Shown: positions 38,501 to 54,700, counted from the first letter of the stretch. The stretch: DNA of 64,000 nucleotides from Balanoglossus misakiensis (GCA_040954595.2 CM082588.2:10028844-10092843); one strand, 5' to 3'. The notes: generated by a model not told the origin, from the letters alone. A program made the numbers and translations.

Positions 38501-39795
38501 GAGTCTATAGTGGAAAACTTTCTTATTCACATATGCCTATCTATGTGTTCTGCGCCTCAAAACAGAATTCCGCAAATAAACGAGGCTGTTTGGAAGCAAA
38601 CATGGAAGTTTTAGAACTATCTCTGGATCTACAGTGTATAGTGGAAAACGTTCATATGCGCACAGGCCTATCTATGTGTTCTGCGCATCACAACAGAATT
38701 TTGTAAACAATCGAGGATGTGTTTGGAAGAAATCATGGAAATTTTAGAACTATCCGTCGATCTACAGAGTCTAGTGGGAAACTTTCTTATGCGCATAGGC
38801 ATATGTATGTGTTCAGCGCATCACAACAGAATTTTGTAAATGAACGAGGCTGTGTTTGGAAACAACCATGGAACTTTTACAACTATCCGTCGATCTACGG
38901 AGTCTGGTGGAAAACTTTCTTATGCGCATAGGCCTATTGCGTGCTCTGCGCCTCACAACAGAATTCGGTAAATAAACGAGGCTGTTTGGAAGCAACCATG
39001 GAAATTTTAGAACTATCCGTCGATCTACAGAGTCTGGTGGAAAACTTCCTTATGCGCATAGACCTATTACGTGTTCTGCGCCTCACAACAGAATTCGGTA
39101 AATAAACGATGCTGTTTGGAAGCAACCATGGAAATTGTACAACTATCCGTCGATCTACAGAGTCTAGTGGAAAACGTTCTTATGCGCATAGGCCTATCTA
39201 TGTGTTATGCGCATCACAACAGAAATCGGTAAATAAACGAGGCTGTGTTTGGAAGCAACCATGGACATTTTAGAACTATCTCTCGATCTACAGAGTCTAT
39301 AGTGGAAAACTTTCTTATGCACATATGCCTATCTATGTGTTCTGCGCCTCACAACAGAAATCGGTAAATAAACGAGGCTGTTTAAAAGCAACCATGGAAA
39401 TTTTACAGCTATCCGTCGATCTACAGAGTCTAGTGGAAACGTTCTTATGCGCATAGGCCTATATATGTGTTCTGCGCATCATAACAGAATTTTGTAAACA
39501 AACGAGGCTGTGTTTGGGAGCAACCATGGACATTTTAGAACTATCTCTCGATCTACAGAGTCTATAGTGGAAAACTTTCTTATGCACATATGCCTATCTA
39601 TGTGTTCTGCGCCTCACAACAGAAATCGGTAAATAAACGAGGCTGTTTAAAAGCAACCATGGAAATTTTACAGCTATCCGTCGATCTACAGAGTCTAGTG
39701 GAAACGTTCTTATGCGCATAGGCCTATATATGTGTTCTGCGCATCACAACAGAATTTTGTAAACAAACGAGGCTGTGTTTGGAAGCAACCATGGA
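29512..39795. repeat. Near-perfect 5,132-bp tandem duplication (about 39 monomers) inside the satellite
   Basis: Constant 5,132 offset of ORF-track pairs (29743/34875, 31225/36357, 32974/38106, 33587/38719, 33802/38934). Rare variants CCGTCAATAAA, CTCTGGATC, GGAAGAAATC, CATCATAAC and TTTGGGAGC were each seen in both copies. Confidence 0.9.
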
Positions 39796-42700
39796 CATTT
39801 TAGAACTATCTCTCGATCTATAGAGTCTATAGTGGAAAACTTTCTTATGCACATATGCCTATCTATGTGTTCTGCGCCTCACAACAGAATTCGGTAAATA
39901 AACGAGGCTGTTTGGAAGCAACCATGGAAATTTTACAGCTATCCGTCGATCTACAGAGTCTAGTGGAAACGTTCTGATGCGCATAGGCCTATATATGTGT
40001 TCTGCGCATCACAACAGAATTTTGTAAACAAACGAGGCTGTGTTTGGAAGCAACCATGGACATTTTAGAACTATCTCTCGATCTACAGAGTCTAGTGGAA
40101 AACTTTATTATGCACATATGCCTATCTATGTGTTCTGCGCATCACAACAGAAATCGGTAAATAAACGAGGCTGTTTGGAAGCAACCATGGAAATTGTACA
40201 ACTATCCGTCGATCTACAGAGTCTGGTGGAAAACTTTCTTATGCGCATAGGCCTATTACGTGCTCTGCGCCTCACAACAGAATTCGGTAAATAAACGAGG
40301 CTGTTTGGAAGCAACCATGGAAATTTTAGAACTATCCGTCGATCTACAGAGTCTAGTGGAAAAATGTCTTATGCGCATAGGCCTATCATGTGTTCTGCGC
40401 CTCACAACAGAAATCGGTAAATAAACGAGGCTGTTTGGAAGCAACCATGGAAATTGTACAACTATCCGTCGATCTACAGAGTCTAGTGTAAAACGTTCTT
40501 ATGCGCATAGGCCTATCTATGTGTTATGCGCATCACAACAGAAATCGGTAAATAAACGAGGCTGTATTTGGAAGCAACCATGAAATTTTACAGCTATCCG
40601 TCGATCTACAGAGTCTAGTGGAAACGTTCTTATGCGCATAGGCCTATATATGTGTTCTGCGCATCACAACAGAATTTTGTAAACAAACGAGGCTGTGTTT
40701 GGTAGCAACCATGGACATTTTAGAACTATCTCTCGATGTACAGAGTCTATAGTGGAAAACTTTCTTATGCACATATGCCTATCTATGTGTTCTGCGCCTC
40801 ACAACAGAATTCGGTAAATAAACGAGGCTGTTTGGAAGCAACCATGGAAATTTTACAACTATCCGTCGATCTACAGAGTCTAGTGGAAAACGTTATTATG
40901 CGCATAGGCCTATATATGTGTTCTGCGCATCACAACAGAATTTTGTAAACAAACGAGGCTGTGTTTGGAAGCAACCATGGACATTTTAGAACTATCTCTC
41001 GATCTACAGAGTCTATAGTGGAAAACTTTCTTATGCACATAGGCCTATCTATGTGTTCTGCGCCTCACAACAGAAATCGGTAAATAAACGAGGCTGTATT
41101 TGGAAGCAACCATGAAATTTTACAACTATCCGTCGATCTACAGAGTCTAGTGGAAAAATGTCTCATGCGCATAGGCCTATCATGTGTTCTGCGCCTCACA
41201 ACAGAAATCGGTAAATAAACGAGGCTGTTTGGAAGCAACCATGGAAATTTTACAGCTATCCGTCGATCTACAGAGTCTAGTGGAAACGTTCTTATGCGCA
41301 TAGGCCTATATATGTGTTCTGCGCATCACAACAGAATTTTGTAAACAAACGAGGCTGTGTTTGGTAGCAACCATGGACATTTTAGAACTATCTCTCGATC
41401 TACAGAGTCTATAGTGGAAAACTTTCTTATGCACATATGCCTATCTATGTGTTCTGCGCCTCACAACAGAAATCGGTAAATAAACGAGGCTGTTTAAAAG
41501 CAACCATGGAAATTTTACAGCTATCCGTCGATCTACAGAGTCTAGTGGAAACGTTCTTATGCGCATAGGCCTATATATGTGTTCTGCGCATCACAACAGA
41601 ATTTTGTAAACAAACGAGGCTGTGTTTGGAAGCAACCATGGACATTTTAGAACTATCTCTCGATCTATAGAGTCTATAGTGGAAAACTTTCTTATGCACA
41701 TATGCCTATCTATGTGTTCTGCGCCTCACAACAGAATTCGGTAAATAAACGAGGCTGTTTGGAAGCAACCATGGAAATTTTACAACTATCCGTCGATCTA
41801 CAGAGTCTAGTGGAAAACGTTATTATGCGCATAGGCCTATATATGTGTTCTGCGCATCACAACAGAATTTTGTAAACAAACGAGGCTGTGTTTGGAAGCA
41901 ACCATGGAAATTTTAGAACTATCTCTCGATCTACAGAGTCTAGTGGAAAACTTTATTATGCACATATGCCTATCTATGTGTTCTGCGCATCACAACAGAA
42001 ATCGGTAAATAAACGAGGCTGTTTGGAAGCAACCATGGAAATTTTACAACTATCCGTCGATCTACAGAGTCTGGTGGAAAACTTTCTTATGCGCATAGGC
42101 CTATTACGTGCTCTGCGCCTCACAACAGAATTCGGTAAATAAACGAGGCTGTTTGGAAGCAACCATGGAACTTTTAGAACTATCCGTCGATCTACAGAGT
42201 CTAGTGGAAAAATGTCTTATGCGCATAGGCCTATCATGTGTTCTGCGCCTCACAACAGAAATCGGTAAATAAACGAAGCTGTTTGGAAGCAACCATGGAA
42301 ATTGTACAACTATCCGTCGATCTACAGAGTCTAGTGTAAAACGTTCTTATGCGCATAGGCCTATCTATGTGTTATGCGCATCACAACAGAAATCGGTAAA
42401 TAAACGAGGCTGTATTTGGAAGCAACCATGAAATTTTACAGCAATCCGTCGATCTACAGAGTCTAGTGGAAACGTTCTTATGCGCATAGGCCTATATATG
42501 TGTTCTGCGCATCACAACAGAATTTTGTAAACAAACGAGGCTGTGTATGGTAGCAACCATGGACATTTTAGAACTATCTCTCGATCTACAGAGTCTATAG
42601 TGGAAAACTTTCTTATGCACATATGCCTATCTATGTGTTCTGCGCCTCACAACAGAATTCGGTAAATAAACGAGGCTGTTTGGAAGCAACCATGGAAATT

Positions 42701-45700
42701 TTACAACTATCCGTCGATCTACAGAGTCTAGTGGAAAACGTTATTATGCGCATAGGCCTATATATGTGTTCTGCGCATCACAACAGAATTTTGTAAACAA
42801 ACGAGGCTGTGTTTGGAAGCAACCATGGACATTTTAGAACTATCTCTCGATCTACAGAGTCTATAGTGGAAAACTTTCTTATGCACATAGGCCTATCTAT
42901 GTGTTCTGCGCCTCACAACAGAAATCGGTAAATAAACGAGGCTGTATTTGGAAGCAACCATGAAATTTTACAACTATCCGTCGATCTACAGAGTCTAGTG
43001 GAAAAATGTCTCATGCGCATAGGCCTATCATGTGTTCTGCGCCTCACAACAGAAATCGGTAAATAAACGAGGCTGTTTGGAAGCAACCATGGAAATTTTA
43101 CAACTATCCGTCGATCTACAGAGTCTAGTGGAAAACGTTATTATGCGCATAGGCCTATATATGTGTTCTGCGCATCACAACAGAATTTTGTAAACAAACG
43201 AGGCTGTGTTTGGAAGCAACCATGGACATTTTAGAACTATCTCTCGATCTACAGAGTCTATAGTGGAAAACTTTCTTATGCACATAGGCCTATCTATGTG
43301 TTCTGCGCCTCACAACAGAAATCGGTAAATAAACGAGGCTGTATTTGGAAGCAACCATGAAATTTTACAACTATCCGTCGATCTACAGAGTCTAGTGGAA
43401 AAATGTCTCATGCGCATAGGCCTATCATGTGTTCTGCGCCTCACAACAGAAATCGGTAAATAAACGAGGCTGTTTGGAAGCAACCATGGAAATTTTACAG
43501 CTATCCGTCGATCTACAGAGTCTAGTGGAAACGTTCTTATGCGCATAGGCCTATATATGTGTTCTGCGCATCACAACAGAATTTTGTAAACAAACGAGGC
43601 TGTGTTTGGTAGCAACCATGGACATTTTAGAACTATCTCTCGATCTACAGAGTCTATAGTGGAAAACTTTCTTATGCACATATGCCTATCTATGTGTTCT
43701 GCGCCTCACAACAGAATTCGGTAAATAAACGAGGCTGTTTGGAAGCAACCATGGAAATTTTACAACTATCCGTCGATCTACAGAGTCTAGTGGAAAACGT
43801 TATTATGCGCATAGGCCTATATATGTGTTCTGCGCATCACAACAGAATTTTGTAAACAAACGAGGCTGTGTTTGGAAGCAACCATGGACATTTTAGAACT
43901 ATCTCTCGATCTACAGAGTCTATAGTGGAAAACTTTCTTATGCACATAGGCCTATCAATGTGTTCTGTGCCTCACAACAGAATTCGGTAAATAAACGAGG
44001 CTGTTTGGAAGCAACCATGGAAATTTTACAACTATCCGTCGATCTACAGAGTCTAGTGGAAAACGTTCTTATGCGCATAGGCCTATATATGTGTTCTGCG
44101 CATCACAAAAGAATTTTGTAAACAAACGAGGCTGTGTTTGGAAGCAACCATGGACATTTTAGAACTATCTCTCGATCTACAGAGTCTATAGTGGAAAACT
44201 TTCTTATGCACATATGCCTATCTATGTGTTCTGCGCCTCAAAACAGAATTCCGTAAATAAACGAGGCTGTTTGGAAGCAAACATGGCAATTTTAGAACTA
44301 TCTCTCGATCTACAGAGTATAGTGGAAAACGTTCATATGCGCATAGGCCTATCTATGTGTTCTGCGCATCACAACAGAATTTTGTAAACAAACCAGGCTT
44401 TGTTTGGAAGCAACCATGGACATTTTAGAACTATTCGTCGATCTACGGAGTCTAGTGGAAAACTTTCTTATGCGCATAGGCATATGTATGTGTTCTACGC
44501 ATCACAACAGAATTCGGTAAATAAACGAGGCTGTTTGGAAACAACCATGGAAATTTTAGAACTATCCGTTGATCTAAAGTTGAAAAGTTTTTTATGCGCA
44601 TAGGCCTATCTATGTGTTCTGCGCTTCACAACAGAAATCGGTAAATAAACGAGGCTGTTTGGAAGCAACCATGGAAATTTTACAACTATCTCTCGATCTA
44701 CAGAGTCTATAGTGGAAAACTTTCTTATTCACATATGCCTATCTATGTGTTCTGCGCCTCAAAACAGAATTCCGCAAATAAACGAGGCTGTTTGGAAGCA
44801 AACATGGAAGTTTTAGAACTATCTCTCGATCTACAGTGTATAGTGGAAAACGTTCATATGCGCATAGGCCTATCTATGTGTTCTGCGCATCACAACAGAA
44901 TTTTGTAAACAAACGAGGCTGTGTTTGGTAGCAACCATGGACATTTTAGAACTATCTCTCGATCTACAGAGTCTATAGTGGAAAACTTTCTTATGCACAT
45001 ATGCCTATCATGTGTTCTGCGCCTCACAACAGAAATCAGTAAATAAACGAGGCTGTTTGGAAGCAACCATGGAAATTTTACAACTATCAGTCCATCTACA
45101 GAGTCTGGTGGAAAACTTTCTTATGCGCATAGGCCTATAACGTGTTCTGCGCCTAACAACAGAATTCGGTAAATAAACGAGGCTGTTTGGAAGCAACCAT
45201 GGAAATTTTACAACTATCCGTCGATCTACAGAGTCTAGTGGAAACATTCTTATGCGCATAGGCCTATATATGTGTTCTGCGCATCACAACAGAATTTTGT
45301 AAACAAACGAGGCTGTGTTTGGTAGCAACCATGGACATTTTAGAACTATCTCTCGATCTACAGAGTCTATAGTGGAAAACTTTCTTATGCACATATGCCT
45401 ATCTATGTGTTCTGCGCCTCACAACAGAATTCGGTAAATAAACGAGGCTGTTTGGAAGCAACCATGGAAATTTTACAACTATCCGTCGATCTACAGAGTC
45501 TAGTGGAAAACGTTATTATGCGCATAGGCCTATATATGTGTTCTGCGCATCACAACAGAATTTTGTAAACAAACGAGGCTGTGTTTGGAAGCAACCATGG
45601 ACATTTTAGAACTATCTCTCGATCTACAGAGTCTATAGTGGAAAACTTTCTTATGCACATAGGCCTATCTATGTGTTCTGTGCCTTACAACAGAATTCGG

Positions 45701-48700
45701 TAAATAAACGAGGCTGTTTGGAAGCAACCATGGAAATTTTACAACTATCCGTCGATGTACAGAGTCTAGTGGAAAACGTTATTATGCGCATAGGCCTATA
45801 TATGTGTTCTGCGCATCACAACAGAATTTTGTAAACAAACGAGGCTGTGTTTGGAAGCAACCATGGACATTTTAGAACTATCTCTCGATCTACAGAGTCT
45901 ATAGTGGAAAACTTTCTTATGCACATATGCCTATCTATGTGTTCTGCGCCTCAAAACAGAATTCCGTAAATAAACGAGGCTGTTTGGAAGCAAACATGGA
46001 AATTTTAGAACTATCTCTCGATCTACAGAGTATAGTGGAAAACGTTCATATGCGCATAGGCCTATCTATGTGTTCTGCGCATCACAACAGAATTTTGTAA
46101 ACAAACCAGGCTTTGTTTGGAAGCAACCATGGACATTTTAGAACTATTCGTCGATCTACGGAGTCTAGTGGAAAACTTTCTTATGCGCATAGGCATATGT
46201 ATGTGTTCTACGCATCACAACAGAATTCGGTAAATAAACGAGGCTGTTTGGAAACAACCATGGAAATTTTAGAACTATCCGTTGATCTAAAGTTGAAAAG
46301 TTTTTTATGCGCATAGGCCTATCTATGTGTTCTGCGCCTCACAACAGAAATCGGTAAATAAACGAGGCTGTTTGGAAGCAACCATGGAAATTTTACAACT
46401 ATCTCTCGATCTACAGAGTCTATAGTGGAAAACTTTCTTATTCACATATGCCTATCTATGTGTTCTGCGCCTCAAAACAGAATTCCGCAAATAAACGAGG
46501 CTGTTTGGAAGCAAACATGGAAGTTTTAGAACTATCTCTCGATCTACAGTGTATGGTGGAAAACGTTCATATGCGCATAGGCCTATCTATGTGTTCTGCG
46601 CATCACAACAGAATTTTGTAAACAAACGAGGCTGTGTTTGGTAGCAACCATGGACATTTTAGAACTATCTCTCGATCTACAGAGTCTATAGTGGAAAACT
46701 TTCTTATGCACATATGCCTATCTATGTGTTCTGCGCCTCACAACAGAATTCGGTAAATAAACGAGGCTGTTTGGAAGCAACCATGGAAATTTTACAACTA
46801 TCCGTCGATCTACGGAGTCTGGTGGAAAACTTTCTTATGCGCATAGCCCTATATATGTGTTCTGCGCATCACAACAGAATTCGTAAACAAACGAGGTTGT
46901 TTGGAAGCAACCATGGAAATTTTACAACTATCCGTCGATCTACAGAGTCTAGTGGAAAAATGTCTTATGCGCATTGGCCTATCATGTGTTCTGCGCCTCA
47001 CAACAGAAATCAGTAAATAAACGAGGCTGTTTGGAAGCAACCATGGAAATTGTACAACTATCAGTCCATCTACAGAGTCTGGTGGAAAACTTTCTTATGC
47101 GCATAGGCCTATAACGTGTTCTGCGCCTAACAACAGAATTCGGTAAATAAACGAGGCTGTTTGGAAGCAACCATGGAAATTTTACAACTATCCGTCGATC
47201 TACAGAGTCTGGTGGAAAACTTTCTTATGCGCATAGGCCTATAACGTGTTCTGCGCCTAACAACAGAATTCGGTAAATAAACGAGGCTGTTTGGAAGCAA
47301 CCATGGAAATTTTACAACTATCCGTCGATCTACAGAGTCTAGTGGAAAACGTTATAATGCGCATAGGCCTATCTATGTGTTATGCGCATCACAACAGAAA
47401 TCGGTAAATAAACGAGGCTGTATTTGGAAGCAACCATGAACATTTTACAACTATCCGTCGATCTACAGAGTCTAGTGGAAAACGTTCTTATGCGCATAGG
47501 CCTATATATGTGTTCTGCGCATCACAACAGAATTCGGTAAACAAACGAGGTTGTTTGGAAGCAACCATGGACATTTTACAACTATCCGTCGATCTACAGA
47601 GTCTAGTGGAAAAATGTCGTATGCGCATAGGCCTATCATGTGTTCTGCGCCTCAAAACAGAATTCCGTAAATAAACGAGGCTGTTTGCAAGCAAACATGG
47701 AAATTTTACAGCTATCCGTCGATCTACAGAGTCTAGTGGAAAACGTTCTTTTGCGCATAGGCCTATATATGTGTTATGCGCATCACAACAGAAATCGGTA
47801 AATAAACGAGGCTGTATTTGGAAGCAACCATGGACATTTTACAACTATCCGTCGATCTACAGAGTCTTGTGGAAAACTTTCTAATGCGCATAGGCCTATT
47901 ACGTGTTCTGCGCCTCACAACAGAATTCCGTAAATAAACGAGGCTGTTTGGAAGCAACCATGGAAATGTTAGAACTATCCGTCGATCTACAGAGTCTAGT
48001 GGAAAAATGTCTTATGCGCATAGGCCTATATATGTGTTCTGCGCATCACAACAGAATTTTGTAAACAAACGAGGCTGTGTTTGGAAGCAACCATGGACAT
48101 TTTAGAACTATCTCTCGATCTACAGAGTCTATAGTGGAAAACTTTCTTATGCACATATGCCTATCTATGTGTTCTGCGCCTAAAAACAGAATTCCGTAAA
48201 TAAACGAGGCTGTTTGGAAGCAAACATGGCAATTTTACAGCTATCCGTGGATATACAGAGTCTAGTGGAAAACGTTCTTATGCGCATAGGCCTATATATG
48301 TGTTCTGCGCATCACAACAGAATTTTGTAAACAAACGAGGCTGTGTTTGGAAGCAACCATGGAAATTTTAGAACTATCCGTTGATCTAAAGTTGAAAAGT
48401 TTTATATGCGCATAGGCCTATCTATGTGTTCTGCGCCTCACAACAGAAATCGGTAAATAAACGAGGCTGTTTGGAAGCAACCATGGAAATTTTACAACTA
48501 TCTCTCGATCTACAGAGTCTATAGTGGAAAACTTTCTTATTCACATATGCCTATCTATGTGTTCTGCGCCTCAAAACAGAATTCCGCAAATAAACGAGGC
48601 TGTTTGGAAGCAAACATGGAAGTTTTAGAACTATCTCTCGATCTACAGTGTATAGTGGAAAACGTTCATATGCGCATAGGCCTATCTATGTGTTCTGCGC

Positions 48701-51700
48701 ATCACAACAGAATTTTGTAAACAAACGAGGCTGTGTTTGGTAGCAACCATGGACATTTTAGAACTATCTCTCGATCTACAGAGTCTATAGTGGAAAACTT
48801 TCTTATGCACATAGGCCTATCTATGTGTTCTGCGCCTCACAACAGAATTCGGTAAATAAACGAGGCTGTTTGGAAGCAACCATGGAAATTTTACAACTAT
48901 CCGTCGATCTACGGAGTCTGGTGGAAAACTTTCTTATGCGCATAGGCCTATTACGTGTTCTGCGTCTCACAACAGAATTCGGTAAATAAACGAGGCTGTT
49001 TGGAAGCAACCATGGAAATTTTAGAACTATCTCTCGATCTACAGAGTCTAGTGGAAAACGTTCTTATGCGCATAGGCCTATATATGTGTTCTGCGCATCA
49101 CAACAGAATTCGTAAACAAACGAGGTTGTTTGGAAGCAACCATGGAAATTTTACAACTATCCGTCGATCTACAGAGTCTAGTGGAAAAATGTCTTATGCG
49201 CATTGGCCTATCATGTGTTCTGCGCCTCACAACAGAAATCAGTAAATAAACGAGGCTGTTTGGAAGCAACCATGGAAATTTTACAACTATCCGTCGATCT
49301 ACAGAGTCTAGTGGAAACGTTCTTATGCGCATAGGCCTATATATGTGTTCTGCGCATCACAACAGAATTCGGTATATAAACGAGGCTGTTTGGAAGCAAC
49401 CATGGAAATTTTACAACTATCCGTCGATCTACAGAGTCTGGTGGAAAACTTTCTTATGCGCATAGGCCTATAACGTGTTCTGCGCCTAACAACAGAATTC
49501 GGTAATTAAACGAGGCTGTTTGGAAGCAACCATGGAAATTTTACAACTATCCGTCGATCTACAGAGTCTAGTGGAAAACGTTATAATGCGCATAGGCCTA
49601 TCTATGTGTTATGCGCATCACAACAGAAATCGGTAAAGAAACGAGGCTGTATTTGGAAGCAACCATGAACATTTTACAACTATCCGTCGATCTACAGAGT
49701 CTAGTGGAAAACGTTCTTATGCGCATAGGCCTATATATGTGTTCTGCGCATCACAACAGAATTCGGTAAACAAACGAGGTTGTTTGGAAGCAACCATGGA
49801 CATTTTACAACTATCCGTCGATCTACAGAGTCTAGTGGAAAAATGTCGTATGCGCATAGGCCTATCATGTGTTCTGCGCCTCAAAACAGAATTCCGTAAA
49901 TAAACGAGGCTGTTTGCAAGCAAACATGGAAATTTTACAGCTATCCGTCGATCTACAGAGTCTAGTGGAAAACGTTCTTTTGCGCATAGGCCTATATATG
50001 TGTTATGCGCATCACAACAGAAATCGGTAAATAAACGAGGCTGTATTTGGAAGCAACCATGGACATTTTACAACTATCCGTCGATCTACAGAGTCTTGTG
50101 GAAAACTTTCTAATGCGCATAGGCCTATTACGTGTTCTGCGCCTCACAACAGAATTCCGTAAATAAACGAGGCTGTTTGGAAGCAACCATGGAAATGTTA
50201 GAACTATCCGTCGATCTACAGAGTCTAGTGGAAAAATGTCTTATGCGCATAGGCCTATCATGTGTTCTGCGCCTCACAACAGAAATCGGTAAATAAACGA
50301 GGCAGTTTGGAAGCAACCATGGAAATTTTACAGCTATCCGTCGATCTACAGAGTCTAGTGGAAAACGTTCTTTTGCGCATAGGCCTATATATGTGTTCTG
50401 CGCATCACAACAGAATTTTGTAAACAAACGAGGCTGTGTTTGGAAGCAACCATGGACATTTTAGAACTATCTCTCGATCTACAGAGTCTATAGTGGAAAA
50501 CTTTCTTATGCACATATGCCTATCTATGTGTTCTGCGCCTAAAAACAGAATTCCGTAAATAAACGAGGCTGTTTGGAAGCAAACATGGCAATTTTACAGC
50601 TATCCGTGGATATACAGAGTCTAGTGGAAAACGTTCTTATGCGCATAGGCCTATATATGTGTTCTGCGCATCACAACAGAATTTTGTAAACAAACGAGGC
50701 TGTGTTTGGAAGCAACCATGGAAATTTTAGAACTATCCCTTGATCTAAAGTTGAAAAGTTTTTTATGCGCATAGGCCTATCTATGTGTTCTGCGCCTCAC
50801 AACAGAAATCGGTAAATAAACGAGGCTGTTTGGAAGCAACCATGGAAATTTTACAACTATCTCTCGATCTACAGAGTCTATAGTGGAAAACTTTCTTATT
50901 CACATATGCCTATCTATGTGTTCTGCGCCTCAAAACAGAATTCCGCAAATAAACGAGGCTGTTTGGAAGCAAACATGGAAGTTTTAGAACTATCTCTCGA
51001 TCTACAGTGTATAGTGGAAAACGTTCATATGCGCATAGGCCTATCTATGTGTTCTGCGCATCACAACAGAATTTTGTAAACAAACGAGGCTGTGTTTGGT
51101 AGCAACCATGGACATTTTAGAACTATCTCTCGATCTACAGAGTCTATAGTGGAAAACTTTCTTATGCACATAGGCCTATCTATGTGTTCTGCGCCTCACA
51201 ACAGAATTCGGTAAATAAACGAGGCTGTTTGGAAGCAACCATGGAAATTTTACAACTATCCGTCGATCTACGGAGTCTGGTGGAAAACTTTCTTATGCGC
51301 ATAGGCCTATTACGTGTTCTGCGTCTCACAACAGAATTCGGTAAATAAACGAGGCTGTTTGGAAGCAACCATGGAAATTTTAGAACTATCTCTCGATCTA
51401 CAGAGTCTAGTGGAAAACGTTCTTATGCGCATAGGCCTATATATGTGTTCTGCGCATCACAACAGAATTCGTAAACAAACGAGGTTGTTTGGAAGCAACC
51501 ATGGAAATTTTACAACTATCCGTCGATCTACAGAGTCTAGTGGAAAAATGTCTTATGCGCATTGGCCTATCATGTGTTCTGCGCCTCACAACAGAAATCA
51601 GTAAATAAACGAGGCTGTTTGGAAGCAACCATGGAAATTTTACAACTATCCGTCGATCTACAGAGTCTAGTGGAAACGTTCTTATGCGCATAGGCCTATA

Positions 51701-54700
51701 TATGTGTTCTGCGCATCACAACAGAATTTTGTAAACAAACGAGGCTGTGTTTGGTAGCAACCATGGACATTTTAGAACTATCTCTCGATCTACAGAGTCT
51801 ATAGTGGAAAACTTTCTTATGCACATATGCCTATCTATGTGTTCTGCGCCTCACAACAGAATTCGGTAAATAAACGAGGCTGTTTGGAAGCAACCATGGA
51901 AATTTTACAACTATCCGTCGATCTACAGAGTCTAGTGGAAAACGTTATTATGCGCATAGGCCTATATATGTGTTCTGCGCATCACAACAGAATTTTGTAA
52001 ACAAACGAGGCTGTGTTTGGAAGCAACCATGGACATTTTAGAACTATCTCTCGATCTACAGAGTCTATAGTGGAAAACTTTCTTATGCACATAGGCCTAT
52101 CTATGTGTTCTGTGCCTTACAACAGAATTCGGTAAATAAACGAGGCTGTTTGGAAGCAACCATGGAAATTTTACAACTATCCGTCGATCTACAGAGTCTA
52201 GTGGAAAACGTTATTATGCGCATAGGCCTATATATGTGTTCTGCGCATCACAACAGAATTTTGTAAACAAACGAGGCTGTGTTTGGAAGCAACCATGGAC
52301 ATTTTAGAACTATCTCTCGATCTACAGAGTCTATAGTGGAAAACTTTCTTATGCACATATGCCTATCTATGTGTTCTGCGCCTCAAAACAGAATTCCGTA
52401 AATAAACGAGGCTGTTTGGAAGCAAACATGGAAATTTTAGAACTATCTCTCGATCTACAGAGTATAGTGGAAAACGTTCATATGCGCATAGGCCTATCTA
52501 TGTGTTCTGCGCATCACAACAGAATTTTGTAAACAAACCAGGCTTTGTTTGGAAGCAACCATGGACATTTTAGAACTATTCGTCGATCTACGGAGTCTAG
52601 TGGAAAACTTTCTTATGCGCATAGGCATATGTATGTGTTCTACGCATCACAACAGAATTCGGTAAATAAACGAGGCTGTTTGGAAACAACCATGGAAATT
52701 TTAGAACTATCCGTTGATCTAAAGTTGAAAAGTTTTTTATGCGCATAGGCCTATCTATGTGTTCTGCGCCTCACAACAGAAATCGGTAAATAAACGAGGC
52801 TGTTTGGAAGCAACCATGGAAATTTTACAACTATCTCTCGATCTACAGAGTCTATAGTGGAAAACTTTCTTATTCACATATGCCTATCTATGTGTTCTGC
52901 GCCTCAAAACAGAATTCCGCAAATAAACGAGGCTGTTTGGAAGCAAACATGGAAGTTTTAGAACTATCTCTCGATCTACAGTGTATGGTGGAAAACGTTC
53001 ATATGCGCATAGGCCTATCTATGTGTTCTGCGCATCACAACAGAATTTTGTAAACAAACGAGGCTGTGTTTGGTAGCAACCATGGACATTTTAGAACTAT
53101 CTCTCGATCTACAGAGTCTATAGTGGAAAACTTTCTTATGCACATATGCCTATCTATGTGTTCTGCGCCTCACAACAGAATTCGGTAAATAAACGAGGCT
53201 GTTTGGAAGCAACCATGGAAATTTTACAACTATCCGTCGATCTACGGAGTCTGGTGGAAAACTTTCTTATGCGCATAGCCCTATATATGTGTTCTGCGCA
53301 TCACAACAGAATTTTGTAAACAAACGAGGCTGTGTTTGGTAGCAACCATGGACATTTTAGAACTATCTCTCGATCTACAGAGTCTATAGTGGAAAACTTT
53401 CTTATGCACATAGGCCTATCTATGTGTTCTGCGCCTCACAACAGAATTCGGTAAATAAACGAGGCTGTTTGGAAGCAACCATGGAAATTTTACAACTATC
53501 CGTCGATCTACGGAGTCTGGTGGAAAACTTTCTTATGCGCATAGGCCTATTACGTGTTCTGCGTCTCACAACAGAATTCGGTAAATAAACGAGGCTGTTT
53601 GGAAGCAACCATGGAAATTTTAGAACTATCTCTCGATCTACAGAGTCTAGTGGAAAACGTTCTTATGCGCATAGGCCTATATATGTGTTCTGCGCATCAC
53701 AACAGAATTCGTAAACAAACGAGGTTGTTTGGAAGCAACCATGGAAATTTTACAACTATCCGTCGATCTACAGAGTCTAGTGGAAAAATGTCTTATGCGC
53801 ATTGGCCTATCATGTGTTCTGCGCCTCACAACAGAAATCAGTAAATAAACGAGGCTGTTTGGAAGCAACCATGGAAATTTTACAACTATCCGTCGATCTA
53901 CAGAGTCTAGTGGAAACGTTCTTATGCGCATAGGCCTATATATGTGTTCTGCGCATCACAACAGAATTTTGTAAACAAACGAGGCTGTGTTTGGTAGCAA
54001 CCATGGACATTTTAGAACTATCTCTCGATCTACAGAGTCTATAGTGGAAAACTTTCTTATGCACATATGCCTATCTATGTGTTCTGCGCCTCACAACAGA
54101 ATTCGGTAAATAAACGAGGCTGTTTGGAAGCAACCATGGAAATTTTACAACTATCCGTCGATCTACGGAGTCTGGTGGAAAACTTTCTTATGCGCATAGG
54201 CCTATTACGTGTTCTGCGTCTCACAACAGAATTCGGTAAATAAACGAGGCTGTTTGGAAGCAACCATGGAAATTTTAGAACTATCTCTCGATCTACAGAG
54301 TCTAGTGGAAAACGTTCTTATGCGCATAGGCCTATATATGTGTTCTGCGCATCACAACAGAATTCGTAAACAAACGAGGTTGTTTGGAAGCAACCATGGA
54401 AATTTTACAACTATCCGTCGATCTACAGAGTCTAGTGGAAAAATGTCTTATGCGCATTGGCCTATCATGTGTTCTGCGCCTCACAACAGAAATCAGTAAA
54501 TAAACGAGGCTGTTTGGAAGCAACCATGGAAATTTTACAACTATCCGTCGATCTACAGAGTCTAGTGGAAACGTTCTTATGCGCATAGGCCTATATATGT
54601 GTTCTGCGCATCACAACAGAATTTTGTAAACAAACGAGGCTGTGTTTGGTAGCAACCATGGACATTTTAGAACTATCTCTCGATCTACAGAGTCTATAGT

